NCBI GenBank assembly: GCA_043228905.1
Contig: JBHGNT010000008.1
Location: 18,786,001-18,850,000 of the forward strand
DNA: 64,000 bases
Direction: 5' to 3'
Origin: Azolla caroliniana
Taxonomy: Eukaryota; Plantae; Polypodiophyta
Under the pieces are notes generated by a model, which saw only the letters and a list, made by a program, of their open reading frames with translations, ran no database searches and had not been told where the DNA came from. Of this stretch, positions 14,117-25,720 are shown one piece after another. The translations under genes were made by a program, and so were the position numbers. Position 1 is the stretch's first letter, and every line of letters begins with the position of its first letter.

Positions 14117-16117
14117 TCAATTTGACCATACATGGACCTTCCCATGTCGATTCCCTGTGTAAATCTCATTCTTCTCTTCATCGTAGAACAAAGCGGTGAT
14201 ATCCTCCAAAGCTTCTCGAATTGTACTTCTTACAACTGAAGAGTTCTCTCTTTCCCTCCGGCTCACCTTCACAATCGGATCCGAGGCACAAATCTTTGCC
14301 AAGCATTTACCAGTAAGAATATTGCTAATATTTATTGATCCAACTGCAAGAAAACCCAATTTATGTAAGAGAATGAAAGGGAGCCTCTTCTCCATACCAA
14401 TATCATTGAGCATCTTAGGGAATTATCAAATTGAGCGATTTTTTTTCAAAAATGGGGGTCACTTTTGCATATACCAAATCAAAATGGCCATCAAAAAAAC
14501 ACATTAAAAAATAAATGTATGATGACTTGGAATTATTTGAGCATCATGAACACATTGGAATCAATGAATGTATTGCACACCTCCTTCCTCCTCAGCAGAT
14601 TCATGGGGATGAGATTTGCAATATGATATGATCAAATCTTGATCACTTGTAATATAGATGTTGTTTGTATTGCAGTCTGGATGCCATAGCAGATGATCCT
14701 CAAAGGATGTCACAAGCTCCCCACGGAAATTCCATACTACAACAGTCCGATTGCGGAATGTGAGAAATAATTGATTCTCATACAAAAATATGAAAGCCGA
14801 GGGGGTCATGAATTCGGTTCTGCTCACTTCTGTTAATTGGGAGTTTCTTACCTAGGCCCATCAAAGCATAAAGATGATTAAAAAAAGAGAACCAGGCAAC
14901 TCCATCATGCATATGAATGATCATTTCAAATAAGACCTCGCCAAATACTTACATCAAGGATCTGCAAGTTCTCATTGTCTTGTTTCACAAGCAGCTTTTC
15001 ATTGAATTGTTCAATGAAATCCACTTTCTTGTTTCTGTGGAGCAAATGTCTGAAGTCTTTCAATACTGTGCCGTCCTCTATCGACAATATCTTTAGAGGA
15101 ACATGACCAGGGGCTCTCTCATATATCAATAGCATTATTCCCGGACTGAGAATTACAAAACATCAACAGTTAGTGAAATGAAGAGAAACATAAATGCAAG
15201 CAAGCCTTTCAAGAGGAAGATTACCTTATCTTGATTTCAGAAACATGTTCATCAGGAATCGAATACAATAGTGTGTAATTCTTTAAATCAAAGACCTTGT
15301 AGATCCTACATAGTAATGACTCGCAAGTTTTAGGCAATCGAAAAATTGAGTTACCATTGATTCAATCATAAAAACATCAAATGCATACTTACCCATCCTG
15401 GGCTGAATATGTTAGAACCTTGCCATTCACATCATCAAACTCTACAAATCCAGGCCATTTCAGTGACTCTGATTCAAATAGTGCAAAACCTGCATCTGGG
15501 TTACCCCTGCGAATATACCTATAGAAACAACAGTGGAGAAACCCAATGAGCAAAAAAAATGGCATTTAAAATCCTAAGACTATCATATTGTAGGGCAACA
15601 TACTGGATGGGTGTTGTTCGACATTTCAATGTGCTAAAGTTATCCGATGCATAAACTGACACGGTTATAAGGGACTCGTTGTTTTTGTTATAGAAAAGAC
15701 TTCTTATCACTTCATCAGGGCTGACATTGAGGTAGCAGATCTTCTTGTTGGACTCTATAAATTCCATCATAAAACGTGTTAAAAGATATGTTTATGCAGA
15801 AAAATACTCTTTAGTTAATATATCAATGATTGCTTACCCCTGCTGAATGCTGCACAAACTCCAGATTGAGCAAGTGCAAATACAATATCTTTGGCAGCCA
15901 CGATCTCCACAATCTTAGATCTCCTCTTCAAAAAGTTAAGTTGAAGAAACCAATTGCCTTTGGGATCATATGTATCAAACTCTTCCTATATGTGACCAAA
16001 CATTAAGTCATTTCAGAGAAATACATTCGAATAGTCAGCAACACAACATGCAAGCATTTGCCACATATAAGCTCATCAAGAACCTATCATGACAATGACA
16101 ACACACACAATATGTAC

Positions 16118-16160
<43 letters not shown>

Positions 16161-16759
16161 CAAGATAGAGCTTCATTGGCATCATAAAAACAGAATCGTC
16201 ACCCTCATCCAATATCCATGGGCATGATATGATGTAATCATAACTAATACAGTCAAGTTCAAGGTCTCAGTGGCATAAATATAAAGATATGATATAGGCA
16301 TTTATACAAAAATATCATATTTTCTTAAAAGAGTCATTTTGCAGGCATTTGCATAATATATCATGTTGTGAGCATTGGAATTTACAGAAATAGGTCATGA
16401 TATGGGCATTTACAGTAAGAACCACCTTGGGGGAATTTAAATGTTTCTGATTAAAAGTTGAAGAAATGCCCCCTAGTAAAGAATTTATGTGGAGAACAAA
16501 GGTATCACATGTCTTCTCTCAATTCTTTTTATTGATATGACGAAAAAGAGAGAGAGAAGGGAAATACCTGTAGTTGAAAGTTGCGAAACTTCTCCTGCGC
16601 AATCGAACTGTTGAAAGCTCTGTTTCCGTGAACACTAATCTCACGCCTCAGAAGCTTCTTTGCGCAGTTCGAAGACTGGTCGAATGGACAGGACCGTTTC
16701 CCTGCAGTGATACGGCGGCTAGAAGAAGGCCTAGGGCTATTTGGAATCTTCGCCTCCAT
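14117..16759 (-). CDS. Conserved plant WD40/transducin-like protein (At3g54190/At2g38630-like), complete multi-exon gene
   Basis: Exon 1 is 16759-16568 (MEAKIPNSPRPSSSRRI...). Conserved blocks EIVAAKDIVFALAQSGVCAAFSR, CYLNVSPDEVIRSLFYNKNN, ESLKWPGFVEFDDVNGKVLTY, FEDHLLWHPDCNTNNIY and EIYTGNRHGKVHVWSN-stop. Introns are GT-AG. Confidence 0.9.
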
Positions 16760-16764
16760 AGCTA

Positions 16765-17220
16765 GGGATAGGGTTAAGGTTAGATAAGGGAATCCGAGAG
16801 ATCTGGTGGTGCTATGGCAAGGCAGAGACCGGTCATCTGCTGTTCTTGCCCATGGATGGATCAATCAAAACCTGTGTGGAGTTTGTTGAAGAAGAATTGG
16901 TGTTGGGTTTCGAATGTTCAATCGAATGTTAGAATGGAGAGTTCTTCTCTGTTTAGAGTTGAGAGTTCTTCTCTGTTTAGGTTTAGGGATGTACCAACTA
17001 CAATTAGGGTTGGAGCGGTGTACTCCTCCCGATTAGCAGGGTTGAAGTTTCTTCGCTGTATACAATTTAGCAGGGTTAGAAGACCGTCGCTGGTTACAGG
17101 AGGTGCCTTCGCCTGTCAACGATGAGGGTTAGGGTTTGCAGTCCTTGGCTGTTGAGGGTTACCAGTGGGGATGGAGTTGTGCGCTGTTTAGGGTTCTCTC
17201 TGTTTTAGGGTTAGGGTTTG
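16765..17220 (-). promoter_or_regulatory. Dense cluster of telo-box-like (AACCCT/AAACCCTA) motifs in promoter/5'UTR of WD40-like gene
   Basis: About 10 AGGGTT/TAGGGTT motifs on + strand, including AGGGTTAGGGTTT at ~17125 and ~17207. Confidence 0.55.
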
Positions 17221-17447
17221 AAGCAGGCTGCAGACACAGAGAGAAGGAGAGGTGTGTTTTTTATTGTGACTGTTTGTGACGGATTTGAGTTTGTGTTGGG
17301 CTTTTTTTTCCAAAATCAGAATTGAGAGAAGAAGAAGAAAGGGGGCTGGCGTCCGCCGTCATCTCGCCGTCAGTCAAGACCACCCGCCGTCAGTCAAGTC
17401 TCCATCCCTTCCCAATAACAGAATTAAGCCGTTACAATTTCGAATTC

Positions 17448-17504
<57 letters not shown>

Positions 17505-18151
17505 CATATATGTATATATAGAATCTATCTCTCTCGCTCTTTTTTTCCTCTTCTTCTTTTGTTCGATCCGATCCGGTCAAGAGTCGGTTAGTCACTACCA
17601 GTTCATCATGGTCACGAGCCGGTTAAGCCATGGTCGAGCATTAGTTAGTCACGGTCAAGAGTCTGTCAAGTTACGGAAAACACACCTCCCCCGTCCCCCG
17701 TGCAAAACTATTATCTATCGTTTACATGTCCCAAGGAACCCCAGCCTAGCAACACGTGCGCCCGACCGGAGACCAGTCCGATCCAACCACCCTTCCTTGA
17801 GCAAACCATCTGTTGTCCGTGGGAACAACACGCACCCAGAATTTAACTTGTAAGCAAAAATTGATTGCATAAGCCGAGACAATGACTCCCCCTCTCGGGG
17901 AACAATGCGTGCAGTGCACATTAGCTTACCATATCCTTCTTTCCTCTATACACTCCTTAGAAAAAACTGTCATGTACATATATGTAGTCTTGTCATGAAA
18001 TAACATCCATCTGACCAACGTGCTCCCTCTACAAAGTCCTAGAAATGGTGGTGACATATGCATAAACAATTTGACCAACCTTCTTCATCTACTGATGAAT
18101 CCTAGAAACATCATGGACTATTTACTATCGGAAAACATGTGATCACTACAT

Positions 18152-18202
<51 letters not shown>

Positions 18203-20449
18203 ATATATATATATATATATGAACCTTAATGGGACTTGTCATTATGGTAATGCCTATTCATGCTACCAATGAAAGGTCTTCGATTTCACTCAACCATAGT
18301 TTCTGTTCTCTGGATTGTTTTACTTTGTTATTCATAGGATTTCAAGGAGTGTCTTTAGTTTTTATTCTTTAGTAGGATTCTTTGATGTAGCCAATTAACT
18401 TGTCAATGTTCATCCATTTTGTTGTCCATGATAACGTACCACAAGTATGAGTGTATATTTCCATTACCATGTACAATAAATTTATTTAGGAATTCTATGG
18501 TTTTATTATTCTCGAGAATTAAGGAGTTTTTAGATGGATCCCTAGATGAACATAAACATTGAGATAGAGTTTATCATTCTCACACCCATTGTCACGTACA
18601 TGATACTACAATAATATCTATAACATTTATCATCCAACTAACAACTATCATCATAGTATTATGTTATTATAATTAAGGAGACGTTGACCTTTGTTACGAT
18701 TCGTTGATGGATGCAAACGTCGTGTATGGGTTGATAATTTTGTTATTTTAGATAAATTGAAGTTAACATCAAACCCATCCCTCAACACTCCAAAACCCTC
18801 TTAAGCTCTAATAGAGCACACAAGAAGCAAGTGAACTTAACTACAGGGATCACTTTGGGGAGAATTGAAAATCAAAGGCTATGATACACTTGAGATCACT
18901 TGAACAATGAAACACTCATTTCACAAGCATATTGGAGTCATCATTGGTAAATAATAGAGGCGTGAGTTGGAACTCCCCAATCTCAATAGTACAATAAAGA
19001 TGAGGCATCTAATGGGGATTTAAGATGAATCTATGCGATCAATTTTGGATTCTCTCTCATTATTTTTACATTATGTTTTCTTAATCTCCATTTCTCAAAT
19101 AATTGAAAACCTATATGATGTACATTATCCTAGTCCTATAGACCAAATTAGCCTTTCTTTTCTTGGTATTTGGAAAGGGAATAATATGTTTTTCTATGAG
19201 AAAAATACATACTTTGTTCTTATTCCTATTTTTCTATTTTAGTATTAGTTTGAAGCTTTTGGAAAGATCTTATATGGATACTTGGCATGCTCATATTGAT
19301 ATTATTTTTCTCTTTACCTTCACGGTGAGTCATCTACATAATTTCTCGTAAAAGGTAGGCTAGATTGGCAATCTTGTAATAGTGATGCCCTTTAGATTGA
19401 ATAAAATGAATAATATATCATGCCCCATTCATTCTACCATCGTGACATATTGGTTTAGAACCCGTGCAGTTGTGCCCCATGCACTGTGTAGATTCATCAT
19501 TATATAATCATCCTCCACTTTGCTTAGTATCAATGTATTCCGTACTTTCCTTGTACTCTCTTTCTCATTCCTCACACATGCACACACAATCTCTCTCCTA
19601 ATTATTTATGTTGTGTTACTTAATGATCCTTGATAAACAAGTAGAGAAGACATATTTTGTAAGAACCAATCCGGTTCAACACCCGTCTTCAATGCATCCT
19701 TGTAAATATTGTTCATAGTACAACTTCATTTTCATCTTAGTTCTCTTTTCTTCTAGATCTATTTTCCAATGAGGGTTCATTTTTTATATGATTTACATGT
19801 TGGTTGTGCATTGTTTTCGAAACTAATTTTGACGAATTAGCTCATTTATGTGAACATGGCGAATTATTGTTATTGTAGATCGTGGAAGAAGTTAACAAGA
19901 GAAGAAAGGAAATATACCAAAATGGACATGCAAATGGTAGCTCCCTCCCCTTAGTTGAGCCAAAACAACCTTGGATTTTGGGAGTATAAGAAGAACCAAC
20001 TCCTTGTTAGACAAGGATACTAGAGTTACATTGATGGAGATTTGGATGAGATGCCACATGTGATGCGTAATGATCATTAAGTTTAGAGCAAAGGGCAAGT
20101 TGCATCATGCATGTAAATTTAAAAAAGTAGGTGTGCAGTTCTCACAGAACAAATATATTATGTGTGTGTGTGTGTGTGTCTGCATGCAAGAGATAGATAC
20201 ATTTTATTATAGCCTTTGAAGGTCAAATATGACCTATGAGACCAAAAATATTGCATTTCATGTAATCCATGTGAAAGTGAGTAGATACTCACGATGTTCA
20301 AGAACATTACTAATGAATGGTGCAATCAAAATTGCACATTGTGACTGTGAGAGAAATTCATGTAAGGATTATGTTTGGTTGAAGAAGTGGGAAAAACATA
20401 ATTGAATGTGATCAAAGGTAGAACATCATATCAAAGTATGATACTCATG

Positions 20450-21290
20450 CTTTTGAAATTGTTTTAAGCAGAGTGTGGATAATAGATTATTCTCATTCCT
20501 TGTGCCCCAATACCCCATCTCACATCACAATGCCATTGCGTGTGAGCTAAGTCATGGAAGCAATGGTTTGGATGGCAAAAAATGAGATGGGCTCCAACAT
20601 GTATTGATGTGTGTGGTTTCCCTGTTCGACAAAGAATATGGTTTTGTAGTTAGGTGCAACATATGTAGTATAATGTGTGACGCATGAGCCCCCGCATTTT
20701 GTGTTATTAAGCAAATGCATTGCATTCAATCTTCCAAACCATTTTTTCCATATCTTGCATTCGATTGGAAGATAAAATTTTGTGTTTTTGTGTCTTTTGA
20801 ATATTTTTGCTTGCTTCCCATGTGATGCTAGGAAGTTAATGTGAGGAACTTTTTTGAACCTAAAGCATATATTCGACAATCCTTTCCATGGCCATGATCT
20901 CAATGGGAAGTGATCCCATCTCAGAAAGTAGGAGGGTGTAGGACGTTTGTTTCTTAAATTTTGTAAGAAAATGCGTTTGGACATTTTGAAACTTTTTCCT
21001 AGTGTACTTATGGATGTTTACTCCGCATACTTCCACACCATAGAGAAGCACCAATGTCACCAAAGTGTCAAAGAGGCATTTCTCAAGGAGCCTACTCTTA
21101 ATTTCTCTATGATTACATGTGCTCCCTTTCCTGCCTTTACATTATGGGAAGCAAATTCATTCTATCTATGATTTGAATGAACTTAAAGGCCAAATTATTT
21201 GAAACTTTTCACAATTTCAAGTGACTCATTATTGTAGATAATGCATGGTTTGTCTTTTTTTTTGCTCTTTACAAGCATAATCTTTGTCTT
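20450..21290 (-). mobile_element. Decayed RTE-like LINE 3' fragment
   Basis: LVLLYGVEVCG...FQNVQTHFL...YTLLLSEMGSLPIE resembles the C-terminal region downstream of LINE RT; heavily frameshifted. Confidence 0.55.
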
Positions 21291-21339
21291 AGAGTTATCC
21301 TATGCATGGGATGAGATAAGAATTACCCTATGTTTTAGA

Positions 21340-21730
21340 GTTATCCTATGCATGAGATGCAATCAGAATTGCCCTATGTTTTAGACTTGTCCTGTGCATC
21401 TATAATTGTAACGAATGAGGTGAGCCAAGAAGAGCTTATAGCAACAAGGATAAGGTATCTTGAGATAAGTCTAGAAGAGTTGGAGTTGGCACTTGGAAGG
21501 CTGAAGGCAACACAAGTAAGGACCAAGGACAGATTCAACAAGATGCATCGACTGCTCCTAAAGAATCAACATAACTCGATGAGGAAGTTTACAAGACGAT
21601 GGTTCAGAGTAAATGGTGACAAGTGCAAATGGCAATGCCATTGAACACCTTACCATACTCGACGACACAAGGCTAGCGGTATCCATAACGAACAAACGAG
21701 TTAAGATCTTCATGACACAACATGAAGATG
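21340..21730 (+). mobile_element. Decayed gypsy integrase C-terminal fragment
   Basis: SQEELIATRIRYLE...KDRFNKMHRL...RKFTRRWF resembles the non-chromovirus integrase C-terminus. Confidence 0.5.
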
Positions 21731-22182
21731 AACCAAATCTCAATGACCTTCATGAAGACGAACATAAATATGAGCAATGATCAGGTCACAAGGATGACGA
21801 AGAGGATGCATATGCGAGAAAGTCAGAGGTTGACTACCTTCGACCCCACCATTCTTGGCACGCATTGGACGATATGTGGTTTGATGGGGGTGGATGTCAT
21901 GATATGGCATGCCCAAAGGAAGAAAACATTGAAAAGGGCGAGATTAAGGCAACCACAAATTCTATATATGTAAATATGGAAAATATATAAATAATAAATA
22001 AAAGTAGGTGGTCTAGTGGATGAGGCCATAGATTGTGTAAAAGGAGTTTCTTAACATGTGTATAAAAGGAGGGGGAGACAACTCATTTAGGGGTTCGTTA
22101 TTTTAAAGTGGTTTTGAGGAGTTACAAAAATACATTATTTCAATTCCAAAAATTTCATCTCCTTCTAATAAGCATTTGTATA

Positions 22183-22256
22183 TGTCCAAACCCAAAATCG
22201 AACTAGAGACCTCTAGTGTGGGAGACTAGCATAATAACGAACTTCACAATCTAGAT
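22183..22256 (-). pseudogene. tRNA-Val(CAC)-derived pseudogene, copy A (anticodon mutated to CCC)
   Basis: Minus strand ATCTAGATTGTGAAGTTCGTTATTATGCTAGTCTCCCACACTAGAGGTCTCTAGTTCGATTTTGGGTTTGGACA (74 nt) aligns end to end with plant tRNA-Val(CAC) as recalled; anticodon stem CTAGT/ACTAG. Confidence 0.75.
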
Positions 22257-22404
22257 GCATTTAAATAAATAAATTTTTATATTTGTATTGAAATGATTTT
22301 GCTAATCCATTGAATAAAGTGATTGTTATTTGCAAAAATTCAAGATGTCAATTTTGAAATGAATAGTTCAAAACACTATAATCGTTCTAAATTCTAATTA
22401 ACGT

Positions 22405-23752
22405 TGTCGTGAAGATTTTCGACAACGGTGTGAAAATTACATGGAACGTACAAAATCAAGTGTGGTTCTTCACACGAGACATGAAACAATAATAGAGAAG
22501 ATAATATTTTAGATTAGCTTAATATCTTGGTACGAGAAGATGGAGGTCTTCAAGAGCTTTCGAATGCTTTTTACTACATAAGAAACAGACATATAAGTGT
22601 CAAGTTATGTGGGTATAAAGTTTTACAAAAGAAAAAAAAGAGAAAAATCAAACTGTGAAATAGCCCACATAGATAGGAAGAGTTTAGGCTCCAGCTATAT
22701 AAGCAGATTGAGATCCATCATATTTTATCTATGTCTTAAGAGCAATAAGAAATAATTGGACTTGAGCCACTTTTGTCTAGATGGACATATGTGGCTAAGT
22801 CGTTGGACGTGGCTAAGTGCCCAAACCAGCCGGTGAAGAAACTCAAACTGGTCGACGACAGAACTAGAAACTGGATGGAGCCGGCAACCAGTGACCGGAC
22901 GGAGCTGGCAAATGGCGATCGGCGATGGAATCGGCGGCGGAGCTGGTGACCTAGTGGCGATCGGTGACCCGACATTTGGTGAGGTTTTGGCCAACCAAAA
23001 CTGGTGGCAACTGGTGACCGACATCCGGTGATGGATTCAGTAATGGATAGTGACAACATCCGACGACGGAATCGATGACCCAACATCTAGCATCTGGCGA
23101 CCTCGGGATGTGGACCAAACCGGGCCAAACTGAACTAATGCAAATCGGTGGGGTCGGTTGATCGCGGTGCATGGTGTCTTAAGGATATTTGGTCCAAAAG
23201 CCTAATAGTATTTTGTGCATAAAAGAAAAAGATGTAAGCGAAACTCAAACTTAACACCTCTAAGATAGGAAGCAACAAGCTTACCATTAAGCCAAACCAT
23301 TTCTTTAGGGATTGTATTTTTATCGTTATAGCTTTACATGTAAATTCTCATGTGTGAGAGCTTAGATGATGACATGGCAAGCATGCATTGCATGCATTCC
23401 TTGCATGTCTTACACACTCACATGCTATAAAAGAGTGGAGGAATAAAGCAAAAGGGGATTTTTATCAAGCAAGCTTTGTACTTTATATCAAAATTAATAT
23501 TAAGAAGAAAATTTGTTATCCAAGCAATGTATTAATCAAGAAATAAAAAGTAAGAAATTCGTTATCCAATTGATGTATCAATCTTGTTCTTCAAATCTAA
23601 AGTCAAGTGTTCTATCTTATCTCAATCTCTCTCTCTTTCAATCTATCTTAATTCCTTTCTCGCTAAAGCTAGTGCGTACTTCGAGTCCTTTCGGTCCAGA
23701 ACCCTGGCGGTTCCACCTCACGATCCGCATATAGTGACGGTTCTTCACGACA
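22405..23752 (+). mobile_element. Solo LTR (1348 bp), gypsy-type, 4-bp TSD
   Basis: 11-bp inverted termini TGTCGTGAAGA...TCTTCACGACA, TSD ACGT (22401-22404 / 23753-23756), TATA-like CTATAAAAG at ~23425. Confidence 0.85.
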
Positions 23753-23763
23753 ACGTCTTTACT

Positions 23764-23837
23764 TGTCCAAACCCGGACTTAAACTGAATATCTCTAGTGT
23801 GTGAGACTAGTGTGATAACCAACTACACCATCTAGAC
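23764..23837 (-). pseudogene. tRNA-Val(CAC) pseudogene, copy B
   Basis: Minus strand GTCTAGATGGTGTAGTTGGTTATCACACTAGTCTCACACACTAGAGATATTCAGTTTAAGTCCGGGTTTGGACA. Acceptor stem, D arm and CAC anticodon arm are intact; the T loop has decayed (TTCGA to TTTAA). Confidence 0.8.
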
Positions 23838-25519
23838 CCATCTATGAAAATAATGTCATGGGATCTATTCAAATTATTTTGCTAATTAGACAAAAGTGAT
23901 TGGGACATGCCAATTAGATGGGAATCACGAGGTTCTTAGTAGCTCAACGAAATCTTTGGGACTACCTTGTGTTTAGACAGAACAAGATAACACTATTGGA
24001 GGCAAGAAATGAACACTTCTTTTTGCTTTTCTTACGATAAATGCATGATTTGCCCCTAGTTTGAGGGAATACATTACTATTATTTACAAAAATACAATAT
24101 GTCAATTCTATAAAGGTAGTCCAAAGAATATTCTAACATTGCATCACATCCTCCTTGTCCCCCTATGGACCTATGGTCCCTCTTCGACAGTGTATGTAAC
24201 CCTATTAATAGAGAATCGGGCGAGAATGATCATCAATCACTCTCAAGCCTATTGTCTCATAACCCTAACCTCACTAGCTCTCACTCTCACATTAACTCTC
24301 TCTTAATAGATTGAATAGATCTTAATTAAACTTCACTATTAAGCATGCCTACACATAAGGCAATTACACACATAAAGACAACGACCACTTCCACCAATAT
24401 GAAAGCATGTGGCACACATATAGGATGTAGAGGGGTTAGGGTTTCATTGATTAACATTTATACTTTAATCACACTCTAGCTCTAGTTAAGATTCAAGTGG
24501 CCATTTGGCTTTTAGATTTGGGTAGGACTTTCTCTATCCCCTTTTTTATAGTGTTACTTTGAGCTTTATATGTACTTTTATCCTGGTGTCTCGAATGGTA
24601 TGTACTTCACATTTCTTGACGACACGATGAATGGTCCATTTTGACCTAACGTGGACAGAAAAACTTGACTGCATCAACTCCTCCACATGGACTATTAAGA
24701 ACATGTGTCATTTCCGTGTACCTCTATGAATCGATAGAGTTTTGTCTCTCGTCGATGTCGTTAGACTTGAGTCTACACTAGTGTGTATACCCTTTTAATG
24801 GTGAACCGGGCTGAGGGGGTTGTCGAGCACCTTCAAGATACTAGCTTGCTTAGCTTTTTCCGATTAACGCTTAATCTCTCTCTCTCTCTCTTTCTTGCTT
24901 TACTCTCTTACACAAACAAGATATATTATCATTAACACCACTTCTTAATACAAGGAGGTTTAGCACCATACAAGAGGAGGAGATTAGGGTTTGGCTTACT
25001 TATATAACTTTCTTTCTTTCTTCTTTCTCTTAACACTAATAAAGTCACAAAAAGGTGGGTTTTATAGCTTTTTACATGGCTTGTGTCTCCCTTTCACACT
25101 ACATTGCCCATAGGCCTATATTATTTCCACTAGATCACCCTTTTCCTAAGGTTAGTTGAGATCAGTGTATCTTATTGGTACTACAATCTCCACAACCAAT
25201 GTGCCACGTGCCAGATACTAGACCTTCCCCCAACCTAATGAGTGCACACTCTCGGGTGCACCACACTGTGTGTGTAATGGGCGAAGATGGTTGAGATAGA
25301 GTATGGTGGGCGAGATGGGGTGAGCGGGCTCTTCAGACTCGAAGGGTCATAGGATGCAAAGGGTGCGTCGAGTCCAATGGTGATGAGCACAAGGAAAATG
25401 TGATTACAGAGGATTTACATAGTATCAAGACAAAAAATGGACATCTTTTTGGGCCGAAAACGATATATTAAGAAGAAAAACCCTTTACGAAACACTAGAG
25501 AATCGAAAACCTATTAACC

Positions 25520-25720
25520 AAAAACCTATAAACCTATAAACCTATAAACCTATAAACCTATAAACCAAACCTATAAACCTGAGTTTTAGAACCGAGCCGA
25601 AACCGAAACCGAACCGTTTATCGAAAATCCAAGCCATTAAATTTTTTTTGGAACCAATAAACCGTTAAACCATGGCTTAACGGTTTAGTTCGATTTGAGC
25701 CGAAACTATGCCCATTGCTA
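25520..25720 (-). mobile_element. hAT-like DNA transposon end with AACCG subterminal repeats and (TAAACCTA)n array
   Basis: Minus-strand terminus TAGCAATGGGCATAG, multiple AAACCG/GAACCG motifs, and an 8-mer array at ~25521-25580. No partner end was found. Confidence 0.5.

Noticed and set aside
17900-20400. Possible gene between WD40-like gene and tRNA pseudogenes
   Set aside because: Only short ORFs, microsatellites and LTR-like debris; no coherent exon chain is recognisable.
22183-23837. Functional tRNA genes
   Set aside because: Both copies have damaged D or T arms and internal promoter boxes, so they are reported as pseudogenes.
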